DNA of 32,000 bases, from the NCBI RefSeq assembly GCF_001457615.1, contig NZ_LN831024.1, positions 870,001 through 902,000 on the forward strand, read 5' to 3'. The DNA comes from Pseudomonas aeruginosa (GTDB lineage: Bacteria > Pseudomonadota > Gammaproteobacteria > Pseudomonadales > Pseudomonadaceae). Both the position numbers and the translations under genes were made by a program. Shown here piece after piece: positions 20,148 to 29,926 of the stretch (position 1 is the stretch's first letter; every line of letters starts with the position of its first letter). The notes under the pieces were generated by a model, which worked only from the letters and a program-made list of their open reading frames with translations, was not told the DNA's origin and made no database searches.

Positions 20148-23100
20148 GTGAACGTACAACAGAGCAAGTTCAGGCTGAGCCGCTGGGCGGGCGCGACACT
20201 GGCGCTCGGACTGCTGCTGTCCGGGCTGGGCGCCTGGGGGCTGGCGCTGGTCAACGAGCAACAGGCGCGGATGGCGCTGGAACGCGAGGCGGAACTGCTG
20301 GCCGAGGCGGTGACCCGCCGCGTGGAACTCTACCAGTATGGCTTGCGTGGGGTGCGCGGTGCCTTGCTGACGGCGGGCGAGGCGCACATCGACCGCGAAC
20401 TGTTCCGCCGCTACAGCCTGACCCGCGACATCGACCGCGAGTTTCCCGGCGCCCGCGGCTTCGGCTTCATACGCCGGGTGGCGGCCGCCGACGAGGCCGG
20501 GTTCCTGCGCCAGGCGCGGGCCGACGGCCAGCCGGAGTTCCGCATCCAGCAACTGACTCCGCACGATGGCGAGCGCTACGTCATCCAGTACATCGAGCCG
20601 GTGGCGCGCAACGGCCAGGCGTTGGGCCTGGACATCGCCTCGGAAGCCAATCGCCGGGAGGCCGCCCGCGCCGCCCTGGAGACCGGGCAGGTGCGCCTGA
20701 CGGGGCCGATCACCCTGGTCCAGGCCAGCGGCTTGCGCCAGCAATCGTTCCTCATCCTGATGCCGATCTACCGCAGCGGCATCACTCCACCGCCGGGGCC
20801 CCAGCGCGAACTCGAAGGCTTCGGCTGGAGCTATGCGCCGCTGCTGACCGGCGAGGTGCTGGCCGGGTTGCCCATCGACAATGCGGCGATCCACCTCGAA
20901 CTCAGCGACGTCACCGGCGACGGCGCTGCCGTACCCTTCTTCGTCAACGGCGCCGCGGCGCCGGCTCAACGCCTGTTCGGCCACATGCTGCGGCGGGAGA
21001 TCTACGGTCGGCACTGGCAGATGGCGTTCAGCGCACTGCCGCTGTTCGTCCAGCGCCTGCACCAGCCTTCGCCGCGCATCCTGTTCCTGGCCGGCAGCCT
21101 GGTCAGCCTGTTGCTGGCGGCGCTGGTCAACGCCAGCGCCCTCGGCCGCCAGCGCCGGCGTCGGGAGGCGGCGACCCAGGCGCGGCTGGCGGCGATCGTC
21201 GGCAATTCGGCGGACGGCATCATCGGCGTCGGCCTCGACGGCGTCATCAGCGACTGGAATCGCGGGGCCGAGGCGTTGTTCGGCTACCGCGAGGAGCAGG
21301 CGGTCGGGCGGCGGGTGGTGGACCTGCTGGTGCCGCCATCCAAGGAGAACGAGGAACTCGACATCCTCGCCCGCATCGCCCGTAAAGAACAGGTGGTCAG
21401 CTTCGATACCGTGCGCCGGCACCAGGATGGCCACCTGCTCGACGTGGCGGTGACCGTCTCGCCGATCCTCGGTCCGGACGGCGGCGTGGTCGGCGCCTCG
21501 AAGACCGTACGCGACATCTCCGCGAAGAAGGCCGCCGAGGCCCGCATCCGCGAGCTCAATACCGGCCTGGAGCACCAGATCGCCGAGCGTACCGCCGAAC
21601 TGCGTCGGTTGAACGTACTGCTCGGCAGCGTGCTGCAGGCGGCGTCCGAGGTGTCGATCATCACCCTCGACCGCGACGGCATCATCAGCGGCTTCAATCT
21701 CGGTGCCGAGCGGATGCTCGGCTACCGCGCCGACGAGGTGGTCGGCAAGGCCTCGCCGACCCTGCTGCACAGCGAGCGGGAGTTGCTCGCCCGCGGCCAG
21801 GAGCTGGGCGAGGAGGGTTTCCGCGTGCTGGTGGCGCGGGCCGAACAGGAGGGCGCCGAGACCCGCGAATGGACCTATCTGCGCAAGGACGGCTCGCCGC
21901 TCAGCGTGACGCTTTCGGTTACCGTCCTGCGCGACGAGGCTGGGGCGATCAACGGCTACCTGGGCATCGCCGTCGATGTCACCGAATGGCGCAACGCCGA
22001 GCGCGAGATGGCCGCGGCGCGCGACCAGTTGCAAATGGCCGCCGACGTGGCGCGCCTGGGCATCTGGCGCTGGAACCTGGCCGACGACAGCCTGCAGTGG
22101 AACGAGCGCATGTGCGAGCTGTATGGCCAGCCGCTGGCGTTGCGCGACGGCGGCCTGGTCTACGAGCATTGGCGCAGCCGCCTGCATCCGGAAGACCTCG
22201 AGCGCACCGAGGCCAGCCTGCGCGCGGCGGTGGAGGGGCGCGGCAACTACGATGTGATCTTCCGCGTGGTGCTGCCCGACGGCGGCATCCGCTTCATCCA
22301 GGCCGGCGCGCAGGTCGAGCGCGACGCCGACGGCAACCCGCTGCAGGTCACCGGGATCAATATCGATATCACCAGCGACCAGCAACTGCAGGCGCGCCTG
22401 CGCGAGGCCAAGGAGCAGGCGGACGCCGCCAGCGCGGCGAAGTCGTCGTTCCTGGCGAACATGAGCCACGAGATCCGCACGCCGATGAATGCCGTGCTGG
22501 GCATGCTGCAACTGGCCCGGCAGACCGATCTCAACGAACGCCAGCGCGACTACCTGGACAAGGCCAGCTCGGCGGCAACCTCGTTGCTCGGCCTGCTCAA
22601 CGACATCCTCGACTACTCGAAGATCGAGGCCGGCAAACTGGTCCTGGAAATGCTCCCCTTCGAGCTGGAGCCGCTGATGCAGGACCTGGCCGTGGTGCTC
22701 TCCGGCAACCAGGGCGACAAGGACGTCGAGGTGATCTTCGACATCGATCCCGAGCTGCCCAGCGCGGTGGTCGGCGACCGCCTGCGCCTGCAGCAGATCC
22801 TCATCAACCTGGCCGGCAACGCACTGAAGTTCACCGCCCGCGGGCACGTCCTGGTGAGCTTGCGGCGTCTGGCGCACGACGCCCACCTGGTGCGCCTGCG
22901 GGTGCTGGTGGCGGACACCGGCATCGGCATCAGCGCGGAACAGCAGCAGCGCATCTTCGAAGGTTTCACCCAGGCCGAGGCGTCCACCTCGCGACGCTTC
23001 GGCGGCACCGGCCTCGGCCTGTTCATATGCAAACGCCTGGTCGACCTGATGGGCGGTGAATTGCGGGTCGAGAGCGCGCCGGGCAGCGGTAGCCGGTTCT

Positions 23101-24401
23101 GGTTCGACCTGGACCTCGACGTCGCCCACGACCAACCGCTGCGTGCGGCCTGCCCCGGGGCCGGCGAACCGCTGCGGCTGCTGGTGGCGGACGACAACCT
23201 GGTAGCCGGCGAGCTGCTCGAACGCACGGTCGGCGCCCTCGGCTGGCGCGCCGACTGCGTCGGCAGCGGCAGCGAGGCGGTGGCGCGGGTCCAGGCGGCG
23301 ATGGCCGAGGGCCGTCGCTACGACGTGGTGCTGATGGATTGGCGCATGCCCGATCTCGACGGCCTCAGCGCGGCGCAACTGATCCGCCAGTTGCAGGGCG
23401 ACCTGCCGCCGCCCATGGTGATCATGATCACCGCCTATGGCCGCGAGGTGCTGGCCGATGCGCGCGACCACAGCGCGCCGCCCTTCGTCGATTTTCTCAC
23501 CAAGCCGGTCACGCCCAAGCAACTGGCCGACTCGGTGCTGCATGCGTTGCACGGCGAACAGGGCGCCCCGGCCAACCCGCCGCCGCGCCCGGTGGAGCGC
23601 ACCCAGCGGTTGCGGGGCGTGCGTCTGCTGGTAGTGGAGGACAACGCGCTGAACCGCCAGGTCGCCGCCGAGCTGTTGAGCAGCGAGGGCGCCCGGGTGG
23701 CCCTCGCCGACGGCGGGCTGGCGGGCGTTCAGCAGGTGCTGGAGGCGAGCGTGCCGTTCGACGCGGTGCTGATGGACATGCAGATGCCGGATATCGATGG
23801 TCTCGAGGCGACCCGGAGAATCCGCGCCGACGGGCGCTTCGCCGGGCTGCCGATCCTGGCCATGACCGCCAACGCCTCGCTGGCCGACCGCGAAGCCTGC
23901 CTGGCGGCGGGCATGAACGACCATGTGGCGAAGCCGATCGACAAGGAGCGCCTGGTGCTTTGCCTGCTCGGTCATCTCGGCAGGAGCGGCGCCAGGGGCG
24001 CGCCGGCAACGGCAGCGGACGCGGGCGAACTGGTCGAGGCGCGGGGCGATATCGTCGGGCGTTTCGGCGGCAGCCTGGAGCTGATCGTCCAGGTGTTGCG
24101 GCGCTTCGTTCCGGACATGCAGGACCTCTTCGCCCAGCTCGAACGCCAGCTCGGCGAGGGCGATGTCCAGGGCAGCGCCGCGACCCTGCATACCATCAAG
24201 GGCAGCGCTTCCACCGTTGGCGCCAGCGCCCTGGCCGGCCGTGCCAGCGAGCTGGAGCAGGCCCTGCGCCGCGCCGATCCGCTGCGCGGCATGGAAATCC
24301 TCGCCGGCATCCGCCTCGACGAACTGCGCACCCTGTGCGATGCCTGCCTGCTCCGCCTGCAGGCGATGTTCGGCGACGTGCAGGCGGAGTCGGCGAGCTG
24401 A
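20148..24401 (+). CDS. Hybrid sensor histidine kinase/response regulator: CHASE-PAS-PAS-PAS-HisKA-HATPase-REC-REC-HPt
   Basis: About 1417 aa from GTG at 20148 (tracked ATG at 20082 is an alternative). CHASE-like GVRGALLTAG...FPGARGFGFI; PAS NSADGIIGVGLDG, SIITLDRDGIISGFNLGAERMLGY; HisKA SSFLANMSHEIRTPMNAVLG; FGGTGLGLFICKRL; REC LLVADDN...VVLMDWRMPDLDG and LLVVEDNALNRQ...AVLMDMQMPDIDG; HPt LHTIKGSASTVGA. Confidence 0.93.
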   Translation: MNVQQSKFRLSRWAGATLALGLLLSGLGAWGLALVNEQQARMALEREAELLAEAVTRRVELYQYGLRGVRGALLTAGEAHIDRELFRRYSLTRDIDREFPGARGFGFIRRVAAADEAGFLRQARADGQPEFRIQQLTPHDGERYVIQYIEPVARNGQALGLDIASEANRREAARAALETGQVRLTGPITLVQASGLRQQSFLILMPIYRSGITPPPGPQRELEGFGWSYAPLLTGEVLAGLPIDNAAIHLELSDVTGDGAAVPFFVNGAAAPAQRLFGHMLRREIYGRHWQMAFSALPLFVQRLHQPSPRILFLAGSLVSLLLAALVNASALGRQRRRREAATQARLAAIVGNSADGIIGVGLDGVISDWNRGAEALFGYREEQAVGRRVVDLLVPPSKENEELDILARIARKEQVVSFDTVRRHQDGHLLDVAVTVSPILGPDGGVVGASKTVRDISAKKAAEARIRELNTGLEHQIAERTAELRRLNVLLGSVLQAASEVSIITLDRDGIISGFNLGAERMLGYRADEVVGKASPTLLHSERELLARGQELGEEGFRVLVARAEQEGAETREWTYLRKDGSPLSVTLSVTVLRDEAGAINGYLGIAVDVTEWRNAEREMAAARDQLQMAADVARLGIWRWNLADDSLQWNERMCELYGQPLALRDGGLVYEHWRSRLHPEDLERTEASLRAAVEGRGNYDVIFRVVLPDGGIRFIQAGAQVERDADGNPLQVTGINIDITSDQQLQARLREAKEQADAASAAKSSFLANMSHEIRTPMNAVLGMLQLARQTDLNERQRDYLDKASSAATSLLGLLNDILDYSKIEAGKLVLEMLPFELEPLMQDLAVVLSGNQGDKDVEVIFDIDPELPSAVVGDRLRLQQILINLAGNALKFTARGHVLVSLRRLAHDAHLVRLRVLVADTGIGISAEQQQRIFEGFTQAEASTSRRFGGTGLGLFICKRLVDLMGGELRVESAPGSGSRFWFDLDLDVAHDQPLRAACPGAGEPLRLLVADDNLVAGELLERTVGALGWRADCVGSGSEAVARVQAAMAEGRRYDVVLMDWRMPDLDGLSAAQLIRQLQGDLPPPMVIMITAYGREVLADARDHSAPPFVDFLTKPVTPKQLADSVLHALHGEQGAPANPPPRPVERTQRLRGVRLLVVEDNALNRQVAAELLSSEGARVALADGGLAGVQQVLEASVPFDAVLMDMQMPDIDGLEATRRIRADGRFAGLPILAMTANASLADREACLAAGMNDHVAKPIDKERLVLCLLGHLGRSGARGAPATAADAGELVEARGDIVGRFGGSLELIVQVLRRFVPDMQDLFAQLERQLGEGDVQGSAATLHTIKGSASTVGASALAGRASELEQALRRADPLRGMEILAGIRLDELRTLCDACLLRLQAMFGDVQAESAS

Positions 24402-24476
24402 ACCCCGGCGCGGTGGCCAGTCCCGCCAAGGATTCAGGCGGACCCGGGGCTCGCCTGCATCCGCTGCGGCCTGTAG

Positions 24477-24505
24477 GGCGAATAACGCCATGGGCGTTAT
24501 CCGCC
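24477..24505. repeat. REP-type palindrome
   Basis: GGCGAATAACGCC-atg-GGCGTTATCCGCC, 13-bp arms with one mismatch. Confidence 0.8.
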
Positions 24506-24564
24506 GATACTCCTGAAGCCCGCCCAGGTCTTGAGCGACATCCTCTTCCTGTCGTTCAGTACCT

Positions 24565-24963
24565 TCAGGCGTCGCGCAGCAGGTCATGGGCGTTGAGCAG
24601 GGCGTAGGCGACTTCCGGGCGCTTCTCCAGGCCGCGGCGGATGGCGGCGGGAATCGCCTGGCGGGTCTTGCGGCAGAGCCCCGGCTGCTCCTCGAAGCGC
24701 ATGCGGATGCCGCGCATGCTGCGCACCTCGCCGAAGGCCGGGGCGATCCGCAGGCGGATGCCCAGTTGTTCCTCCATGCGCCGCAGCAGGTGTTCCAGGT
24801 CTTCCAGGCTGCGCAGGGCTTCCAGGCGAGCGGCCAGGCGCTGCTCTTCCTGGCGGGTCAGGAGGAGGATGCGACGGTCCGCGCCGGGCGCCTCCAGGCG
24901 CTCGCGTTCGCAGACGCAGGCGCCGGGCGGGCAGGGCTGGCGGAGGGGCGGGGAAGCGCTCAT
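24565..24963 (-). CDS. Hypothetical protein, 132 aa, Cys-rich N-terminus
   Basis: MSASPPLRQPCPPGACVCERERLEAPGADRRILLLTRQEEQRL..., located between two well-defined genes on the opposite strand from the upstream kinase. Confidence 0.7.
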   Translation of the reverse strand: MSASPPLRQPCPPGACVCERERLEAPGADRRILLLTRQEEQRLAARLEALRSLEDLEHLLRRMEEQLGIRLRIAPAFGEVRSMRGIRMRFEEQPGLCRKTRQAIPAAIRRGLEKRPEVAYALLNAHDLLRDA

Positions 24964-25027
24964 GGCACCATCATAGCCAGGACCGGCGTCCCGCGCCGCT
25001 ACGCTCCGTCGCCCTCGCGAGCGCGCT

Positions 25028-26347
<1,320 letters not shown>

Positions 26348-26353
26348 TTAGAA

Positions 26354-26367
26354 AAATTTGGAGCAGA
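26354..26367. promoter_or_regulatory. Candidate AmpR binding box in the ampC/ampR intergenic region
   Basis: AAATTTGGAGCAGA (reverse complement TCTGCTCCAAATTT), matching the LysR-type AmpR box as I recall it; lies 2 nt before the ampR start. Confidence 0.6.
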
Positions 26368-26369
26368 GA

Positions 26370-27260
26370 TTGGTTCGACCCCATTTGCCGCTGAACGCCC
26401 TGCGCGCCTTCGAAGCTTCGGCCCGGCACCTGAGCTTCACCCGCGCGGCCATCGAGCTGTGCGTGACCCAGGCGGCGGTCAGCCACCAGGTGAAGAGCCT
26501 CGAGGAGCGTCTCGGCGTGGCCCTGTTCAAGCGTCTGCCGCGCGGCCTCATGCTGACCCACGAGGGCGAGAGCCTGCTGCCGGTGCTGTGTGACTCCTTC
26601 GACCGCATCGCCGGCCTGCTGGAACGTTTCGAGGGTGGCCACTACCGGGACGTGCTCACCGTCGGCGCGGTCGGAACCTTCACGGTCGGTTGGCTGCTGC
26701 CGCGGCTGGAGGACTTCCAGGCGCGCCATCCCTTCATCGATCTGCGCCTGTCCACCCACAACAACCGCGTCGACATCGCCGCCGAGGGGCTCGACTACGC
26801 GATCCGCTTCGGCGGCGGCGCCTGGCACGGCACCGAGGCGCTGGCGTTGTTCGAGGCGCCGCTGACGGTGCTCTGCTGCCCGGAGGTCGCCGCCCAGTTG
26901 CACAGTCCCGCCGACCTGCTGCAGCACACCCTGCTGCGCTCCTACCGCGCCGACGAGTGGCCGCTGTGGTTCCAGGCGGCCGGACTGCCGGCGCACGCGC
27001 CACTGACCCGGAGCATCGTCTTCGACACCTCGCTGGCCATGCTCGAGGCGGCCCGCCAGGGTGTCGGCGTGGCCCTGGCGCCGGCGGCGATGTTTGCCCG
27101 GCAACTGGCCAGCGAGAGCATCCGGCGTCCGTTCGCCACCGAAGTGAGTACCGGCAGCTACTGGCTGACGCGCTTGCAGTCGCGGGGGGAGACCAGCGCG
27201 ATGCTGGCGTTCAGGGAGTGGTTGCTGGAGAGGGCTGCCGTTGAGGCGCGGGGGAGATAA
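26370..27260 (+). CDS. ampR: LysR-family transcriptional regulator AmpR
   Basis: 296 aa from TTG at 26370 (MVRPHLPLNALRAFEASARHLSFTRAAIELCVTQAAVSHQVKSLEERLGVALFKRLPRGL); divergent from ampC. The track shows an ATG start 4 codons upstream. Confidence 0.98.
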   Translation: MVRPHLPLNALRAFEASARHLSFTRAAIELCVTQAAVSHQVKSLEERLGVALFKRLPRGLMLTHEGESLLPVLCDSFDRIAGLLERFEGGHYRDVLTVGAVGTFTVGWLLPRLEDFQARHPFIDLRLSTHNNRVDIAAEGLDYAIRFGGGAWHGTEALALFEAPLTVLCCPEVAAQLHSPADLLQHTLLRSYRADEWPLWFQAAGLPAHAPLTRSIVFDTSLAMLEAARQGVGVALAPAAMFARQLASESIRRPFATEVSTGSYWLTRLQSRGETSAMLAFREWLLERAAVEARGR

Positions 27261-27276
27261 CGGTTATGCAGGCGAT

Positions 27277-27663
27277 TCAAGTGTCGATGAAGAAGTAATC
27301 ACCTTCCTCGCGCCTTTCTTTATACGCTCGGGCTCTCCCAAGGTTGATACGGTTTGAGGCGTTGGGGTTGTGATTGGAATTGCTGACGGCGTGGTGGATA
27401 TGGACCGGCTCGTCGGCGTTGCTGATCGCTCCGCTAAGCGTCACTCCCAGGCTGGCGGCATAGGCCCGGCGTGCCGCAACGATCTCGCTCTCGAGCATGC
27501 CTGCTTTCCCTGCTGCGGCAACGACGGCAAGTTCGCATAGGCGGCCAGCCTTCCTCGGGGAAACCCTCAGGTCGGCGCCTGCGGACCACAGGGCAAGCAG
27601 CGCTTTGGATGGAGCACAGCCATTTCTGCTGCGCTCTTCGATTGTCTCCAGGAGCGGACTCAT
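27277..27663 (-). CDS. Small hypothetical protein (128 aa), unrecognised
   Basis: ORF MSPLLETIEERSRNGCAPSKALLALWSAGADLRVSPRKAGRLCELAV...NHNPNASNRINLGRARAYKERREEGDYFFIDT; SD-like AAGAGG 5 nt upstream of ATG; no competing ORF with a recognisable product. Confidence 0.45.
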   Translation of the reverse strand: MSPLLETIEERSRNGCAPSKALLALWSAGADLRVSPRKAGRLCELAVVAAAGKAGMLESEIVAARRAYAASLGVTLSGAISNADEPVHIHHAVSNSNHNPNASNRINLGRARAYKERREEGDYFFIDT

Positions 27664-27754
27664 ATGGCCTCTTGAAAACTGTCGGTGGATTGCCAGCAGT
27701 ATCGACGATGGTGCGCTTAAAGCAATGCGGAGCAGGCGGAGATTGTGGCGAAAC

Positions 27755-27786
27755 GGCGGATAACGCTTCGCGTTATGCGCCCTACG
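27755..27786. repeat. REP-type palindrome
   Basis: GGCGGATAACGC-ttc-GCGTTATGCGCC followed by CTACG, arms with one mismatch. Confidence 0.8.
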
Positions 27787-27816
27787 GGAGCGGTGCCCGG
27801 CGTTGCCGGCGGAAGG

Positions 27817-29061
27817 CTACGGCTTTTCGGTTCCCGCGTCGAAATACGATCCGCCGTTGCTCGGCAGTCCCGTCCACATCTCGTCGAGATTGCGGAAGTT
27901 CCAGGCCTCCGCCGGCTCGAAGCCGACGATTCGGTCGGTCTGTCCGGCCCTACCCAGGTCTATCACCTGCTGCGGGATCGGCACCTTCGAGCGGGCCGAG
28001 AAGAATACCTTGACCCGTGGCGTCAGCAGCGAGCGGCCGTGTTGCTCGAGGACCACGCCGAGGCGCCCGCTTTCCAGCCTGACCAGCGCGCCGACCGGGT
28101 AGATGCCCACTGCCTTGACGAAGGCGCGGAACACCTGCGGGTCGAAGTGCCCGTTCCATTCGGCCATGCGCCGGATCGCCTCGGCGGCGTTCCAGCCCTT
28201 CTTGTAGGGACGGTCGGAGGTGATCGCGTCGTAGACGTCGCACACCGCGCCCATTCGCGCCAGCAGGCTGATCTGCTCCTGCGCCAGGCCGAAGGGGTAG
28301 CCGGTGCCGTCGATGCGCTCGTGGTGGTGCAGGCAGACATCCACCACCAGGGCGCTGACCTGGCGGCAATCGAGCAGCATCCGCGCGCCGTTCTGCGGAT
28401 GCCGGCGAACCAGGCCGAACTCCGGGTCGGTGAGCTTGCCGGGCTTGTTCAGGATCGGATCGGGCACCGCCATCTTGCCGATGTCGTGCAGCAGCCCGGC
28501 CAGCCCCGCCTCGCGTACCAGCGGGTCGGGCAGTTCGAGCTGGCGGGCGAGGGCGATCATCAGCGCACAGACCGCCACCGAATGCATGTAGGTGTATTCA
28601 TCCGAGGTCTTCAGCCGTACCAGGCTGAGCAGCGCGTTGGGATGGCGCAGCACCGAGGCGGAGATTTCGTCCACCAGGTCCGATGCATGCGCGGTATCGA
28701 TGGCCTGGCCCATGCGCGCGTCGCGGAACATGCTGACCACGGCGGCCTTGGCACGGCTGCAGAGCAGGGCGGCGTGGCGGATTTCCTCCTCCAGGGCGAC
28801 CCGCGCCGGCGAAGGGCCGGCCGGCATGGTGACCGGCAGGACCGCAGCGGCCGAGACCGCCGCTTCCTCCGGGAGGTCGAGGCCCTTGCTGGCATCGATC
28901 CAGACTTCCTTCACGGCGCTTTCGCGCAGGCGCTGCAGGTCGGCCTGGCTGTCGAGCAGGAAGCCACCTCTTTTCCAGAACGGGTGGTCCAGCCACGAGC
29001 CGCAAAGGCTCTGGACGAACATACCGAGGCGAAGCTGGGTTACCGGAATGCGTTTCAGCAC
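27817..29061 (-). CDS. HD-GYP domain cyclic-di-GMP phosphodiesterase
   Basis: 414 aa (GTG start); LLHDIGKMAVPDPILNKPGKLTDPEFGLVRRHPQNG, HHERIDGTGYPFGLAQEQISLLARMGAVCDVYDAITSDRPYKKGW. Confidence 0.93.
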   Translation of the reverse strand: MLKRIPVTQLRLGMFVQSLCGSWLDHPFWKRGGFLLDSQADLQRLRESAVKEVWIDASKGLDLPEEAAVSAAAVLPVTMPAGPSPARVALEEEIRHAALLCSRAKAAVVSMFRDARMGQAIDTAHASDLVDEISASVLRHPNALLSLVRLKTSDEYTYMHSVAVCALMIALARQLELPDPLVREAGLAGLLHDIGKMAVPDPILNKPGKLTDPEFGLVRRHPQNGARMLLDCRQVSALVVDVCLHHHERIDGTGYPFGLAQEQISLLARMGAVCDVYDAITSDRPYKKGWNAAEAIRRMAEWNGHFDPQVFRAFVKAVGIYPVGALVRLESGRLGVVLEQHGRSLLTPRVKVFFSARSKVPIPQQVIDLGRAGQTDRIVGFEPAEAWNFRNLDEMWTGLPSNGGSYFDAGTEKP

Positions 29062-29384
29062 GATGGGCTCGACCTCGAGACTGGGCCAGGTGGCTGTCTC
29101 CTAACGGTAGCCGAGATGGGCCGGCGGGAGTGAGAGATGCCCGGCACTTCGTCGGCATGCCCGCGCTCGATTGCGTATCGCTTTGTATCCATGCGCGGTT
29201 TCGATACCTCCGGCGTACAAATCCACGTGTCGGGCGATACACCCCCGATACATCTCCCAGGCGAAATGGCCACATCCGAACCGCGGCGCCCGGGACGACC
29301 CCAGAAGGTCCCGCCGCCCGGTTCGTACCGGCGCCCACCAGCGCCGCGCCTGCGGCCCGGCCGCGTTTACTGTGGAGAAGAAGC

Positions 29385-29852
29385 ATGTCCGTTTTCGATT
29401 CGCGTCAAAAGACTTCCGCCAGCCTGCTCGGTGCCGTACTGGTGGGGGGAATGCTGCTCGGCGGTTCGGCGTTCGCCGTCGAGCCGCTGGGCCAGGGGCT
29501 GCAAGTGGCGGCGGCGAGCGCCGGCGAAGGCAAGTGCGGAGAAGGCAAGTGTGGTAGCGGCGGCTCCGCGAAGACCCCGACCAAGGCCGGCGCCGAGGGC
29601 AAGTGCGGGGAGGGCAAGTGCGGCGACGCCTCCTTTGCCCGAACCGACACCGATCACGATGGCAAGGTCTCGCGCGCCGAGTTCCTCGCGGTGGCCAAGG
29701 ACCGTGCCGGTGAGTTCGACAGCATCGATAGCGACCATGACGGCTTCATTTCCGAAGCCGAGGCCTACGAACACCTGCGCAAGACCTACGAGGCCAACGG
29801 CAAGCCGATGCCCGCCGGGCTGTTCAGCAAGCTGGAGCAAGGCCGGCACTGA
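29385..29852 (+). CDS. efhP: Secreted/periplasmic double EF-hand protein (EfhP) with four EGKCG motifs, candidate MNIO-modified precursor
   Basis: 155 aa; signal peptide [31 protein letters not shown]; [14 protein letters not shown]...[12 protein letters not shown]; EF-hand loops [12 protein letters not shown] (29646-29681) and [12 protein letters not shown] (29727-29762). Confidence 0.92.
   Translation: MSVFDSRQKTSASLLGAVLVGGMLLGGSAFAVEPLGQGLQVAAASAGEGKCGEGKCGSGGSAKTPTKAGAEGKCGEGKCGDASFARTDTDHDGKVSRAEFLAVAKDRAGEFDSIDSDHDGFISEAEAYEHLRKTYEANGKPMPAGLFSKLEQGRH
29526..29624 (+). other. Two tandem [10 protein letters not shown] motif pairs in efhP
   Basis: Codons 29526-29555 encode [10 protein letters not shown] and 29595-29624 encode [10 protein letters not shown]. 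Confidence 0.9.
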
Positions 29853-29867
29853 GCCTTTCCACACCCT

Positions 29868-29909
29868 GGCGGCGCCCTCTCTTTCCCCTGGGAAAGCGGG
29901 GGCGTCGCC
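29868..29909 (+). promoter_or_regulatory. Long stem-loop between the EGKCG precursor gene and the MNIO gene
   Basis: GGCGGCGCCC (29868-29877) pairs with GGGCGTCGCC (29900-29909), one G:U; inner CTTTCC/GGAAAG stem (29881-29886/29891-29896); no U-tract. Confidence 0.6.
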
Positions 29910-29926
29910 GTTTCCGGAGCTATCCC

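Noticed and set aside
20025-24587. 1520-aa ORF on the minus strand opposite the hybrid kinase
   Set aside because: The protein is His/Gln/Arg-rich low complexity with no recognisable domain and mirrors the GC3-biased codons of the clearly real sense kinase. Such antisense ORFs are common in P. aeruginosa.
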